Under the pieces are notes generated by a model. It searched no databases and was not told the origin of the DNA. It saw nothing but the letters and a program-made list of their open reading frames with translations. DNA of 64,000 nt from Octopus bimaculoides. Its lineage: Eukaryota. A program made the position numbers and the translations under genes. Location of the stretch: the NCBI RefSeq assembly GCF_001194135.2, contig NC_069000.1, positions 39,574,936 to 39,638,935 of the forward strand. Reading direction: 5' to 3'. Positions within the stretch are counted from its first letter, which is position 1, and every line of letters starts with the position of its first letter. Shown here one piece after another: positions 1 to 12,790 of the stretch.

Positions 1-45
1 ATTACTAACAATGTGTTCAGTCATTGTCATTATAAATTGTCAATA

Positions 46-53
46 CAGTAGTA

Positions 54-121
<68 letters not shown>
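46..121. repeat. (AGT)n microsatellite
   Basis: Direct read of tandem AGT units. Confidence 0.95.
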
Positions 122-297
122 TACGTTAAATTCCGGTTTTTGCCATTTAAGATTCAGAGTTTTCCTATTAAACACTATCATTTTCTTTTCCCAGAAACGA
201 AGATGATAGCTGGGAGAATTTAGTAAAGTAGTACATTATTTATATTATTTACATTATTTACATTTGACGGATATTTGTGCTCATCTTGTTTGTTGTT

Positions 298-343
298 AAC
301 ACAACGTTTCGGCTGATATACCCTCCAGCCTTCATCAGGTGTC
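298..343 (-). ncRNA. Minimal type I hammerhead ribozyme motif (intact core)
   Basis: Minus strand GACAC-CTGATGA-A-GGCTG(gagggtatat)CAGCC-GAAAC-GTT-GTGTT: helix I ACAC/GTGT, 5-bp helix II, palindromic helix III (ACGT), predicted GUU cleavage between 303 and 302. Confidence 0.75.
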
Positions 344-520
344 TTGGAGAAATTTCGAACTTGGGTTCTCATTCCTAAGGTATTTTTTCGATGTTATTAT
401 TATTATTATTATTATTGTTGTTGTTGTTTTTGTTGTTGCTCAGGTTACTGCTTGGAATTGAACTCGGAATCTTTGGGTTAGTAGCCCGCACTCTTAACCA
501 CTGCACCATATGCCCATGGG

Positions 521-600
521 CCCATGGGTATATGGCGTAGTGGTTAAGAGCGTGCGCTACTAACCCCAAGATTACGAATTCGATTCCAAGCAGTGACATG
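521..600 (+). promoter_or_regulatory. tRNA-derived head with Pol III A and B boxes (mirror copy on - strand at ~440-520)
   Basis: A box TGGCGTAGTGG 533-543, B box GAATTCGATTCC 576-587 (mirror copy GAGTTCAATTCC); anticodon-like loop CTACTAA. No complete acceptor stem, so a SINE head rather than a tRNA gene. Confidence 0.7.
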
Positions 601-612
601 AACAACAACAAC

Positions 613-677
<65 letters not shown>

Positions 678-733
678 TAATAAGATCGAAAAAATACCTT
701 AGGAATTAGAACCCAGGTTCGAAATTTCCCCAG

Positions 734-779
734 GACACCTGAAGAAGGCTGGAGGGTGTATCAGCCGAAATGTTGTGTT
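734..779 (+). ncRNA. Minimal hammerhead ribozyme motif (C15.2 to T)
   Basis: GACAC-CTGAAGA-A-GGCTG...CAGCC-GAAAT-GTT-GTGTT; same family as 298-343. Confidence 0.65.
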
Positions 780-2184
780 AACATCAAACAAGATGAGGAC
801 AAATAACTGTTGAATGTAAATAATGCAAATAATGAACATAATTCCTCATCTCTTAAATATAGAACTGTAAAAAAAAACAATATGTCAGCTAAATTTTACA
901 ATTCGGATTAGATAAAGCTATCAATAAAAGCATGCAAAAATCCTGTTAAAACTCTGCTCAGAAAGTATCATATCAAGAACCATTTCAATTATCACTGGAA
1001 GTTTCTAAATTCTCATGACGTTGGTAATATCTGTGAAGATATACTATGAAAAGGGATGTTGGTAGTATCCTATTACCGCCAAGAAATAACGGGGGAAGCT
1101 TCCCTAATCAAAAAGAAACGTTATGACATCGTCTGAAGTACTTTCAAAATAGGAAACAAATGCTGAAATCAATATATATATGTGCATCCTTCATTGATTT
1201 GCATTCCAATATACATGACGATAAATGGGGCTGGAAACGACGGCAGCCAGGAGCTAGTTGTCCCCTATTTATCGCCATAAGCACGGTGGAATAAAGCAGG
1301 GTTCACAAAGAACATATGATCAAGAGGAGTTAAAACAGATTAGCAAGTCGCTTTGAAAAGAACACAAGGTGTCCTACTGCATCAAAGGCGCCCCTAACAT
1401 GGTCTGTTGGTGCTGCACTAAGAAGCACGACAGTATATCTTGCTCTGAAGAACGAACATTCAGATTATGAAATCGAAGAAGGGAAGGAGATGGGACCGAC
1501 TGCAACGCCTCTATTAACAGCTTCTACCTGTAGGTGGTATTCAGAACAATAGATTAAGTGAACCAATCAGTACAAAGCGACATGCAGTTTCCGGTACACC
1601 GGTTCCAATGAGCTGGACGTCTGAACTGGACCAGAACCCACCTGAGCGCCAAAATATTCTATTCGTAATGGCTAAATATTTATATCATTTACTAGCACGA
1701 AACGAGACACAGGTAAATTCAGTGAGGTGATTTATTTATGTTCTTTTATAATAAAATATCATACATCAATATTATCGATTTCAGGAAAAATTTATGTTGA
1801 CCTACGGTTAAATCCAAATAAATTATATTCATACGGATTTCTATTCCGTGACTTCAAGAAATATTACACCAGGAATCTAATGTATATTTCTGAAATCCGT
1901 ATCATTGGCTTCAAAACTACTCACATTACGTAACATTGTTTATGAAAGTGAAATATTGGGTGTGTTTATATATGTATGTGTGTGGCTGTGTATACGCGCG
2001 TACTCGCTTGTTTATTACTAAAGAGACTGCGATTCTCCTGGGTAATGATTTCATGGTTTATATTTGTTTTGCAAGACTCCAGCATGTACTGGACAACTTA
2101 AATAGTCGCGCGACAGACATTTCACCGTTCACCAGTTTCGTTAAAACAGAACGGTGTGTCCTAAGCGTACGCACGAACACAAGC

Positions 2185-2225
<41 letters not shown>

Positions 2226-2744
2226 NNNNNNNNNNNNNNNNNNNNNNNNNNNNNNNNNNNNNNNNNNNNNNNNNNNNNNNNNNNNNNNNNNNNNNNNNNN
2301 NNNNNNNNNNNNNNNNNNNNNNNNNNNNNNNNNNNNNNNNNNNNNNNNNNNNNNNNNNNNNNNNNNNNNNNNNNNNNNNNNNNNNNNNNNNNNNNNNNNN
2401 NNNNNNNNNNNNNNNNNNNNNNNNNNNNNNNNNNNNNNNNNNNNNNNNNNNNNNNNNNNNNNNNNNNNNNNNNNNNNNNNNNNNNNNNNNNNNNNNNNNN
2501 NNNNNNNNNNNNNNNNNNNNNNNNNNNNNNNNNNNNNNNNNNNNNNNNNNNNNNNNNNNNNNNNNNNNNNNNNNNNNNNNNNNNNNNNNNNNNNNNNNNN
2601 NNNNNNNNNNNNNNNNNNNNNNNNNNNNNNNNNNNNNNNNNNNNNNNNNNNNNNNNNNNNNNNNNNTATAAGGCACATGCCAGCCTATCGAAAGTTGTCA
2701 ACTTGGTGAAAAAAATATTTGAAAGCTGTTTGCGCAAGGTCTGT

Positions 2745-3035
2745 TTCTCTATCGGTTTCCACGATGACTGTTCAAACTGATCCGGTGAACGGAACAGCCG
2801 TCTCGTGAAATTAACGTGCATGCGGTTGACCACTCCACAGTCACGTCTATTTCCCATGTAGATTCGATGACACAAACCTGAATGTGACACTACTTCAACA
2901 TTGAAATACTGGTACTGCTCATTTCTGCCAGCTGAATGGACTGAAGCAACGTAAAATATAATGTTTTGCTCAAGGATGAAACGCACCACCGTGATTCAAG
3001 CTCACGGCCTTACGATCGTGATCCGAAAACCAACT
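2745..3035 (-). mobile_element. tRNA-headed SINE (central domain shared with 25044-25370, 3' tail shared with 43884-44259)
   Basis: Minus strand CTTGAGCAAAACATTATATTTTACGTTGCTTCAGTCCATTCAGCTGGCAGAAATGAG then GTGGAGTGGTCAACCGCATGCACGTTAATTTCACGAGACGGCTGTTCCGTT. Confidence 0.75.
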
Positions 3036-3130
3036 TGACTTTCGTTTTATAACAATGCACATGAAGTTTGCAAAAGGGCATAAAATGCCAGTGCTCAACG
3101 CATGACACAGACAAAGACGCATGTAACATA

Positions 3131-3636
3131 AGGGTTTCAAATTTTGCCACAGGGCCAGCGATCTTCAGATAGGGGATGAACCGATATCATCGACCCCGGT
3201 ATTTATTTGTATCGATGTCATCAATTGGTACTTATTTCTATCGACCCCGAAAGTACAAAAGACGAAGTCGACCCCAGCGGAATTGGAAATAATTTTTTAA
3301 AATTTTGCTGGGTGTAGAAATTTGTGGGGAAGCGATGAATCGATTTCATTGACACCAGTGTTCAACTGGTACTTATATATCGACACCACAAGAATGATAG
3401 GTAAAGTCGAACTCGGCGGAATTTGAAATAATGGATTCAAATTTTGCCTAAAGGACAGCAATTTGGTGGGAGTCGATTTCACTGACGCCAGTGTTCAACT
3501 GTAGTGGATTTTATTCACCGCAAAAGTACAAAAGACAAAATCGCCCTCAACGGAATTTGAACTCAGAACGTAGCGACGGACGAAATAACGGTAAGCATTT
3601 CGTCTAGAGTGCTCACGATTCTGCCACCTTGCCGCT
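3131..3636 (-). mobile_element. GTCGAC-domain SINE with its 3' half in three tandem diverged copies
   Basis: Three ~140-170 bp units containing GGTACTTAT..TCGACCCC..AAAG..AAAGTCGAC..GGAATTTGAA-like sequence; only the last continues into the head at ~3560-3636. Confidence 0.7.
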
Positions 3637-4955
3637 TTATGGACAGACGTAATACAAATGAATTATTGTACAGAGGTGATTTCTATTTCAATGTGTTGTT
3701 ATGACGTTTACCGATACAGCCGTTAGGGAAAAAGAAATACGTGTAAAAAGGCCTTTACACTACTTAGTATTATGTAAACAACAAGGACAGCATACGTTTC
3801 CTTTTATCGAACAATTACAATCAGATAGTGGCATTTTTCCCTATATGGAAATGTTTAGTTACTCTACCAGATCACTGAAGAAAGGAGAGTGAACAGATTC
3901 ATTAGAATACTTAATAAATAAATAAATAAATAAATAAGTAAATAAATAAATTTATTAATCCAATTTACATCGAATATTTTTTATCGATTACAATAAGTAA
4001 AGATTTTTTAAAAAATGTTTTTTTAGAACTTGCATAAGAAAACGGATTAAGCCCTTTGGCAGCTTGGCTAATTTGGGCAAATTGGTAGGATGTCAAAAAA
4101 TAAAAATAATAAATAGGTCAACAAAAAAGAAAGAAAAAATATAAATCCTAGTTAAATAATCTGTTTCGATGTAATGAAATAGTTTTAAAACACCATTTTT
4201 GGTGTTAGTATTATGCTTCAAGCAAGAACACCATACAACTTCCTAAATCGAATGACTTATTCCAATTGTAATGAAAGAGTTAAATAATAAACATGCCAAT
4301 TCATTTTAATTCTCGTAGATATTGTAACGATTTCAGTCTATTTCCTCTTATCAGAGATTTGTTAGCGGTCAAGTGTCCCCCTGTGGTGTTCGATAAACTC
4401 GCTTACTATAAACTATAATGGAAATTGCTAACAATAGTTTGTCCTTTTAGTCAACATTTTATGGTCTGTATAGTTATTTCAATACTTTACACTGGCTATT
4501 AATGTTTCATCTTCTCACCAGAGAAAAATCCTAAATTGATAATTTCATTCTTTTGTGTGTAATGATATAAAATATATCAAGAAAAGGAGTGAAAATATTT
4601 TCAAGAGCAGCAAACTTGGAGAACGCTATATAAATGCATTTATATATAGGCGGAGGAGTGGAAGTGCGGTACCTATAAATCTGAAATAGCAAAGTTAATA
4701 ATAGTGTGTCGTTCAGCCTTTTTTCTATGTTTGCAACTATTTATTAATGTAAATTGCTTGGTTGCCTCAAGCATCTAAAATTACGTAATTACTAAGAAAA
4801 TACTTACAGATGCACCTGCAAAGGACTCACATGCTTATTCGTTTGTCAAATACGCTGTACCTTTGAAATATTATATTTTCTTCAGTGATTCGTCTCCGGC
4901 GTAAATTTCTAACAAAGTTACCGTCGATTATATTTTAATATCTTAATATTTGGAA

Positions 4956-5135
4956 GGCGGCGAGCTGACAGAAACGTTGGCACGCCGGACTAAATGCTTA
5001 GCGGCATTTCATCCGTCTTTACGTTCTCTGTTCAAATTCTGCCTAGGTCGACTTTGCCTTTCATCTTCTCGGGGTCGATAAATTAAGTACCAGAATGTCG
5101 TACTGAGGTCGATCTCATCGACTGGCCCCCTTCCC
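4956..5135 (+). mobile_element. tRNA-like-headed SINE, GTCGAC family
   Basis: GGCGGCGAGCTGACAGAAACGTTGGCACGCCGG...GTTCAAATTCTGCCTAGGTCGACTTTGCCTTTCATC...GGGGTCGATAAATTAAGTACCAG; about 10 copies in the window. Confidence 0.85.
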
Positions 5136-5466
5136 NNNNNNNNNNNNNNNNNNNNNNNNNNNNNNNNNNNNNNNNNNNNNNNNNNNNNNNNNNNNNNNNN
5201 NNNNNNNNNNNNNNNNNNNNNNNNNNNNNNNNNNNNNNNNNNNNNNNNNNNNNNNNNNNNNNNNNNNNNNNNNNNNNNNNNNNNNNNNNNNNNNNNNNNN
5301 NNNNNNNNNNNNNNNNNNNNNNNNNNNNNNNNNNNNNNNNNNNNNNNNNNNNNNNNNNNNNNNNNNNNNNNNNNNNNNNNNNNNNNNNNNNNNNNNNNNN
5401 NNNNNNNNNNNNNNNNNNNNNNNNNNNNNNNNNNNGGTTTCCTCAACTTAAAAAAAAAAAAACACT

Positions 5467-5525
5467 GAAGGCGGTGCTGCAGCATGGCCACAGTCAAATG
5501 ACTTAAACAAGTAAAAGAATTAAAG
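5467..5525 (+). mobile_element. 3' tail of the OR/CORE-like SINE
   Basis: GAAGGCGGTGCTGCAGCATGGCCACAGTCAAATGACTTAAACAAGTAAAAGAA matches the tail at 28390-28450. Confidence 0.7.
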
Positions 5526-7335
5526 AATAAGTTCATTGTAATGAAAATATTTGTTCTGTACTTTACTAACGAGGAAGGATTATGGTTACAACCTACTTTA
5601 GCCACATAGTATAAAAACTTGCGTTTTATTATATACGCATTGCATTTACGAAGCGTTGCTTCAATTTTAGTGACTTAACTGTCATGTCTTGCTTTCCTTA
5701 ATTTAATTCCTGAGCTCTGTAAACAGGAAGTGATTCCAGGCTAAATCCAATATTCAGCCAAAGTGAAAGAACAGAATGTCAAAATCTAAGGTTCTAAAAA
5801 TGTCAGTTAGTGCAAAGACACGTCGTGCAAATCCTACCAAAAACAGGAAAAAAATCATCCGTATTAGCAAAAGATTAGTCATAATCACATGCTTCATTTG
5901 AAGCATACGCTGGGTGCAAATACTATATCAACAGTCGATAACAATTGTACAAAATGGAGGAAATTGGGAATTCGTAGTTGATTATGTCTCTGAGTAATAA
6001 AAGCTGGAAACAGATTACTCTTGTACTACAGTTTCTGTTCAAAGTAAGTAATAAACAGAGTAGATCTATCAAAGAGAACAATATATTACGTATGTAGTGC
6101 ATAGCACATTCGTCATGATACAGCCATAAAATTTGAAAAAGAAAACAACCATATATATTCACTATAGAATTCATAGAACGTGTGCAACCTTACTGCCATA
6201 TGTTAATTATATCAAAATGTATTGTAATTTTGCCCTGGCTAATCCAGAAGGTAGAATTACTTCTAACAATGCGTTCCATGACATTATTGACAGACCCGTA
6301 TATTGGCATTAGTTTTAGAGAAATGACCTTGTCTCGAAAGGACAGGATTCCTAACATTCCCTATGACACGAGATTTCTATCTAAGTATACTTTCAATTTT
6401 CATGTTGAAAGACAATGGTTGGCTGAATCAAAGCAGCTTATTGAAAATACCGATATTTACAGCTTAAAAAAGCAAACAATATTCTTGCGTAACTCGAAAT
6501 GGGTTTTATAGACAAGAAATAAGTATTCTGCAAATAATTTACAGTTTTTAAATGATGAAAATAATGTATTGCGAGAATTAGCAATCAATTAAGAATTCAA
6601 AGTCGTAAATAAACACATTCTATTTTAATTTGTGCGTTTGTGTTTCTGTGTATGTGTGTATTTGTGTGTGTGTTTGTGTTTGTGCGTGTGTGTGTGTGCA
6701 TGTGTGTGCGTGTGTTATTTCCACAAAAATACTTTGTTTTTTAAGAAATAACATTAACGAAAATGTAACATTAGGTCGCGCAAAACAAACATATGTCTTA
6801 TGATTCACGCGGAAACAATTAAAAATTAATTGCTACTTAAAAAACATTATTTTTGGAAGTTTACATTTAATAATTGGTTACCAGTATTACATAGGAAATG
6901 ATCTTGACATGAATTTTTATCTTAATTTTTAATTTCCGCCATAATGAGTCTCAACTAATTGATGCTTTTCAAATTGATTATCTTTCACTATTTGTTTTAT
7001 AGCATTCTGTTTATATAGTAATAAAGTGAACTTTCGAAAGCATTTAATGATATTTCTGTACATTACATAGATTATTGTTGTTGTTGATTTCTTTTATTGA
7101 ATCCATGTGAATTTCATTATGGAAATGGCTTATTTTGCAATCATTAGTTGGCTATTAATATTATTTTAAATATCAAGACTTGACCGGTTATTGGCTAACT
7201 TCCGATCGTTAAACATATCTTTGCGATAGTCTATTAATGCTTACTTCGTCATTTCTATAGATTCCTGTTATTTATCATCGATTATAATGTCAATCAAAAG
7301 ATTTTAATCTGTATATATACATACATAAACACACA

Positions 7336-7395
<60 letters not shown>

Positions 7396-7701
7396 NNNNN
7401 NNNNNNNNNNNNNNNNNNNNNNNNNNNNNNNNNNNNNNNNNNNNNNNNNNNNNNNNNNNNNNNNNNNNNNNNNNNNNNNNNNNNNNNNNNNNNNNNNNNN
7501 NNNNNNNNNNNNNNNNNNNNNNNNNNNNNNNNNNNNNNNNNNNNNNNNNNNNNNNNNNNNNNNNNNNNNNNNNNNNNNNNNNNNNNNNNNNNNNNNNNNN
7601 NNNNNNNNNNNNNNNNNNNNNNNNNNNNNNNNNNNNNNNNNNNNNNNNNNNNNNNNNNNNNNNNNNNNNNNNNNNNNNNNNNNNNNNNNNNNNNNNNNNN
7701 N

Positions 7702-7717
7702 GACGCTCTTCCGATCT
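7702..7717 (+). other. Illumina adapter remnant at a contig edge
   Basis: GACGCTCTTCCGATCT, the 3' end of the Illumina read-1 adapter, immediately after an N-gap. Confidence 0.9.
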
Positions 7718-9059
7718 ATAGATAGATAGATAGATAGATAGATATATAGAGACAGATAGATAGATAGATAGATAGATAGACTTTACAAGATATATTTCAT
7801 TTATTCGCTTTGCATTTCAACAATTGACAAGGTAATTCAGTAATTCAGTACATTAGGGTAAAAGATTTTCTAACATTTTCCTTGTGATCGTTGTTGATTT
7901 TATTTATTCTGATATCGTTTGAAATAGCAAGGAGACAATAATACGAAATTGAATTAAATTGTATGCGTTGCTGAGATTGCAATCTGATAAGGTTCGTGAA
8001 CCAACTGCAGTCGGATATACCTCTGTTGCTTTATATGTCCGTGGATGCAACAGGTTCAAAGAAAGGGCTAGTAATACTTTATAGATGACTACACTCAAAG
8101 TGAGTTATACAGTCGCCAAAACACCAATTTCGAAACTTCTGGAAAAGTTGTTCCCGATGCAATGAGTCTGGAACAATTCTAAGTTCTTTTGGTAAATTCC
8201 TTGTTGGCGTCGCAAAATATTTCATTAAAATTGATAGGGAAAATGGTTGATTGAAACGTAGCATTTCTTATAACGGTTAGCAGTAGCAAGGCATCTTCAG
8301 TGTTAGACATATTGCCTCCCAACAATTTTCTAGCTTTCAAGAAATTAATAAAATGTTATCAGCAACTTTGTGACTGGGTAGCTAACCAGAGTTATTTAAA
8401 CGCCAGCGCCACATGGGGTCGCCTCCGTAAATTATTTACAAAGGTGAACCTTTGCATGCACAGCTAATATTTCCCTTGTTACTCATCTCAATAGACTTGT
8501 CAAGCAGCGTTGGAGCACACAAACACAGACACACACGGACGCACAGACACACAAACACACAACCAAATACATACGCACAAACACATAAACACACATACAC
8601 ACGCCTGCGCACACACACATGTGTATTAGCGAAAAAGTTACTTTTTACACAGGGTTTCGAAATAAGTTTCTAAGAATAGATTTTCTATTGCGACATTATT
8701 TAAAAACAACTATGTTAAAATCTGAAACTCTTAAATTTACATCTTCACTCTCCGCAACCTACTTGAAAATTTTAATAATGAGCGAAAAATTAATTTATAA
8801 CTCGTTTACCGTTCTTCATTTTATTTTGGCATTCATTGTTACGAATTTATTTTCGTTTGTAAAATCATTAAAGAACAAGAGTGTTAAAATCTCAAGTTCT
8901 GTAATTTATATCATCAGACTCCGTAACGATCTTAAATTTGGAAATTATGTGAAATAAATAGACTTTTCGAAATCGTTTTTATTATTTTTAATACTAGGTC
9001 ACCGAATAAATGTGTTACATATAGTTTAGATTGCACACAGATTAAAATAAAATTACGTG

Positions 9060-10161
9060 TATGTCAGTTTTTGACTCTTCACACATTTTGGTGATAAAAA
9101 TAATTAAAAATTCAGAATCCTTTGCTGAAGTAGAAGCGTGACTCTGATCTGGCCGATTCTTTCGAATCAGCCTCTGAACGTTCCGTTTATATACTGCTTC
9201 ATGTTTTCCACCAATGATCAATTTTTGATTGACCATTGATACTGTAAAAAATTTTGTTCTCTATGTGGTATTTTTCTGTCTCTACTACAATTGTAGTTTT
9301 TAAGGGAGTTACACTCGCAACAGGAAATGTCAAATCTTTTTTTTTGCATTGTTCTTAAACATATTACACTTTGTTTGAAACGATGGCACATTTTTGCTAT
9401 GCTTCACAGATTTTAGTAATGTTTGGTACTTTAGATAAAAGGTTGAAATTTTCGGTTTATGTGACTCAATCCTAGCACAAGGGATGAATGCCTTTTGCCA
9501 AAGAAGAATAATCTTCTCTGCTACAATCTTGACAATTTGTTTAATTGAAAGATCTTTCTTAACTACATCGTTTTCTTTTTGTCGTTCAAATAAAAGACGT
9601 TTTATTACGTCCTTGTTAGTTGGCAAAACTCGCTCGCTAAGATCACATGGGGTACCAAATATTGGGCATTCAATTGGCTTATGAGTCGTCACTAAATATA
9701 AACAACACTAAATTTAACACCATCATTAATTTTAATACAATGGCCTAAAGTCAAGGCCAAAGCAGAAACCTTCACACATGTACGATGTACGTCCACAAGT
9801 CATGACCGTTGTAGTGGCACTGGAGAGAAGTTCACATTCTCCTTCTCTTCATAGTTCACACTCTCTTTTTCTTTATAGTCAAGATATTAGTCAATTGTAT
9901 TGAAACTTGGTATACATCCTTTTAAGGATACTATATTTACGGTTCTGCATTCTGCTTTGTACAGATATGTATTCGTTACGATTTATAATCCATGTAATCA
10001 AAAACTCGAACAAAAACAGCGATTTTTAAAATTTTCAATTGCGTTGCATGGCCTGAAAAAATATCTGACCGCAAAATTCTTTATTACACCTTTCCTTTAA
10101 CCATAATTTTCAAGAAATATCGATTCTTTGTTACCAATTTTGCATTTTTCACACCACCTTA
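9060..10161 (-). pseudogene. 5' part of a DNA transposon with a frameshifted transposase N-terminus (hATm / Cc8K15.2-like, tentative)
   Basis: ORF 9692-9330 ECPIFGTPCDLSERVLPT...VAEKIILLWQKAFIP...; a frameshift in an A-run continues FDISCCECNSLKNYNCSRDRKIP..QNFL, then NQKLIIGG..KRNVQRLIRK. This matches the recalled pattern CPIFG..LPT..W.KA.IP..LFDI..C.C..KVP..E..FL.DQR..RKM.IGG. Putative terminus TAAGGTGGTG at ~10161. Confidence 0.65.
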
Positions 10162-10295
10162 CCAAATCCACTAACAAGGCTTTGGTCGGCCCAAGGTTAT
10201 AGCATAAAGCACTTGCCCAAGATGCCACGAACTGAAACTGAACCTGGAATCGTGTGGTTTGGAAGCAAATTTCTTACCACACAGCCACGCCTGCA
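10160..10295 (-). mobile_element. OR/CORE-like SINE head and core
   Basis: Reverse complement GCAGGCGTGGCTGTGTGGTAAG...GGCATCTTGGGCAAGTGC...GGGCCGACCAAAGCCTTGTTAGTGGATTTGG. Confidence 0.8.
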
Positions 10296-11095
10296 CTTAC
10301 GTGTACCACTTCTATCGATTTTACGGTATATTGCCTTCAATGTTGTTTAAACATGCAGAATTTATAGCTAACACAGACCACACGTTTAGAGTTCAGCAGT
10401 ATTGTAAATTTCACGTCTCATATTTTTTTTTTTTTTTTTTTTACTGTGTCAGATACGTTGACATTGTCATATATCACTTACACTGGAAAAATAGATAAAG
10501 TTACAAGACTAATTTGAAATGTCAATTAAAATCTGTCTACAGAACAGTTGATGATTTTTCTGAAATATACGTATGAATGAAATAATTTGTTACTCGCCTT
10601 CTCGTCTGAATTACCTAAGCTTTTTTATCTACTTTAGAAATGTTTACAACAAATCAATACATACTATTATCTCTACGAGTTTATTAACTGTAACCCAAAG
10701 CAAATAACATTTCACTGAAAGTGTATATATGTATTGTAATTGTAGTTGATATCATTTTCTGCGCTGGCGAGTTATTACATTTTTATCTCGCGCACACAAT
10801 TAAATTCTAAAACTTTCTTGGGAAAAAAGAATTTCTTTTTCTTGTTTTAATAATAAATACATTTACGTGGTAGATAGAAAAACAAATCTCATTTCCCGTG
10901 GGCTATTCTACACGAATCGTTAATTTATTACGATTAAAACATCATTGCCTCATTAGTTTCAACGATTATATTGTCTGAAATTATTTGACCAACTAGGTAT
11001 TACTTATGTTCAAGGCGATATCAAATCGCAAACTTTCTGGCAGTTTCAACAAATAACAGTGAACAATAAACACAAAGTTTAGACAAACGTTCTTG

Positions 11096-11178
<83 letters not shown>

Positions 11179-11487
11179 TATGTATGTATGTATGTATATA
11201 TATATATATATTATCATATAATATGATACAATAAAACGTATGGTTTGTACCTAGTATCTTACTAGTAAAGCACGATGATTATCAAAGTTTCCATTATGTA
11301 TTTGGTTAAGGCTTGTATGAACGATTGTACATGCTCCATGCAACCTACGCGAGGGCGTTTATACATCCATATCCGTTAACGGTTACATTTGATATTTGTT
11401 TCGCTACACTGCGTGTTTGTTTTTTTTCCATCTGTTTTCCATATATATATATGTGCGTGGGTGTGTGGGTGTGTGTGTATGTGTATA

Positions 11488-11607
<120 letters not shown>

Positions 11608-11752
11608 CATATATATATAGGAATTTATACATATATCGAAGAACTTTGTTGTCTACAGATAAATTCCTCTACATAATATCGAGGTCTCATTCATTCTTTT
11701 ATTGTCTTACAATTACTATTAATATATATACATATATATGTATATATGAGTG

Positions 11753-11785
<33 letters not shown>

Positions 11786-12539
11786 ATGCTTACATTATAT
11801 TTACATATATGTACGTCAATATATATAAGTATATAGATATATGTGTATTTGGTACACCAGCATGACCACAATTTTAAACATGAAACAAGTCAAATAATTA
11901 TATTTATATATATAGAATTATATGTGTATATACATACATACTTACATACACACATACATAGTACGTACGTGTATACATACATACATACATACATACATAC
12001 ATACATACATACATACATACATACATGCATACATATATACAAACGTACGTCCGTATACAAGGTTACTGAAACAAGCAGCAGATTGAATGATTGTGGAAGA
12101 TTGACAGACAGAGAGAGAAGTAGAGAAAGAAGAGTAGACATCTATGTAAGAAGAAAAAAATATATGTGACGTATGAGGGATATAGATTTTCATAAAATCT
12201 AAACCGTCGTCTGCTTTTCTAAAGATCAAATATATCATTATTATTCCAAATTCTGATAATGATCATGAAATAAAGAATAGTTATGATTTGTTTGATCTAA
12301 ATCGAGAGAAAACAAAATAGAAAGAATATACTCAATGTATAGAATTAGTTAGTTACCACACCTAAATATGCATAATCACTCCAATATGCATTCTCTAGGA
12401 ACGTATTGTGACTACCATACACATATAATTATTAGGGATATGGTGGTGAGAGACGTACTGTGACTCGACAAAAAGGAAGGGAAACGGTTGTGCCTAAAAT
12501 GACAACGGCTGATCAATGGAGCATTTCGATTCGCTTAGT

Positions 12540-12790
12540 TTTATTCCTTTATTCTTTTACTTGTTTCAGGCATTTGACTGCGGCCATGACGGAGCACCGC
12601 TTTTGGTCGAGCAAATCGACCCCAGGACTTATTCTGTGTAAGCCTAATGCTTATTGTATCGGTCCCTTTTGCCGAACCGTTATGTTACGGGGTGGGGTAG
12701 GGGAAATCACAGACACACAAACATAGACATATATATATATACATATATACGGCACGCTTCTTTCAGTTTCTGTCTACTAAATTCAAATTT
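12540..12790 (-). mobile_element. OR/CORE-like SINE 3' module with internal microsatellite
   Basis: TTTTACTTGTTTCAGGCATTTGACTGCGGCCATG..GAGCACCGC..GTCGAGCAAATCGACCCCAGGAC, reverse of 28240-28450. Confidence 0.75.

Larger units (their letters stand above)
231..869. mobile_element. Palindromic head-to-head dimer of a tRNA-headed, hammerhead-tailed SINE-like element (Penelope-type tail)
   Basis: Arms 231-520 (-) and 521-869 (+) are reverse complements about a zero-spacer centre CCATATGCCCATGGG|CCCATGGGTATATGG. Each arm has A box, B box, (AAC/AAT)n and the tail ...CCTTAGGAATGAGAACCCAGGTTCGAAATTT...CTGATGAAGGCTG...CAGCCGAAACGTTGTG. Confidence 0.85.

Noticed and set aside
440-600. Functional tRNA genes
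   Set aside because: A/B boxes and an anticodon-like loop are present but there is no complete acceptor stem, and they are fused to repeat tails; treated as SINE heads.
1050-1640. GC-richer stretch, possible LINE fragment
   Set aside because: Only a weak CR1-like echo (STFKI) amid many stops; no family can be supported.
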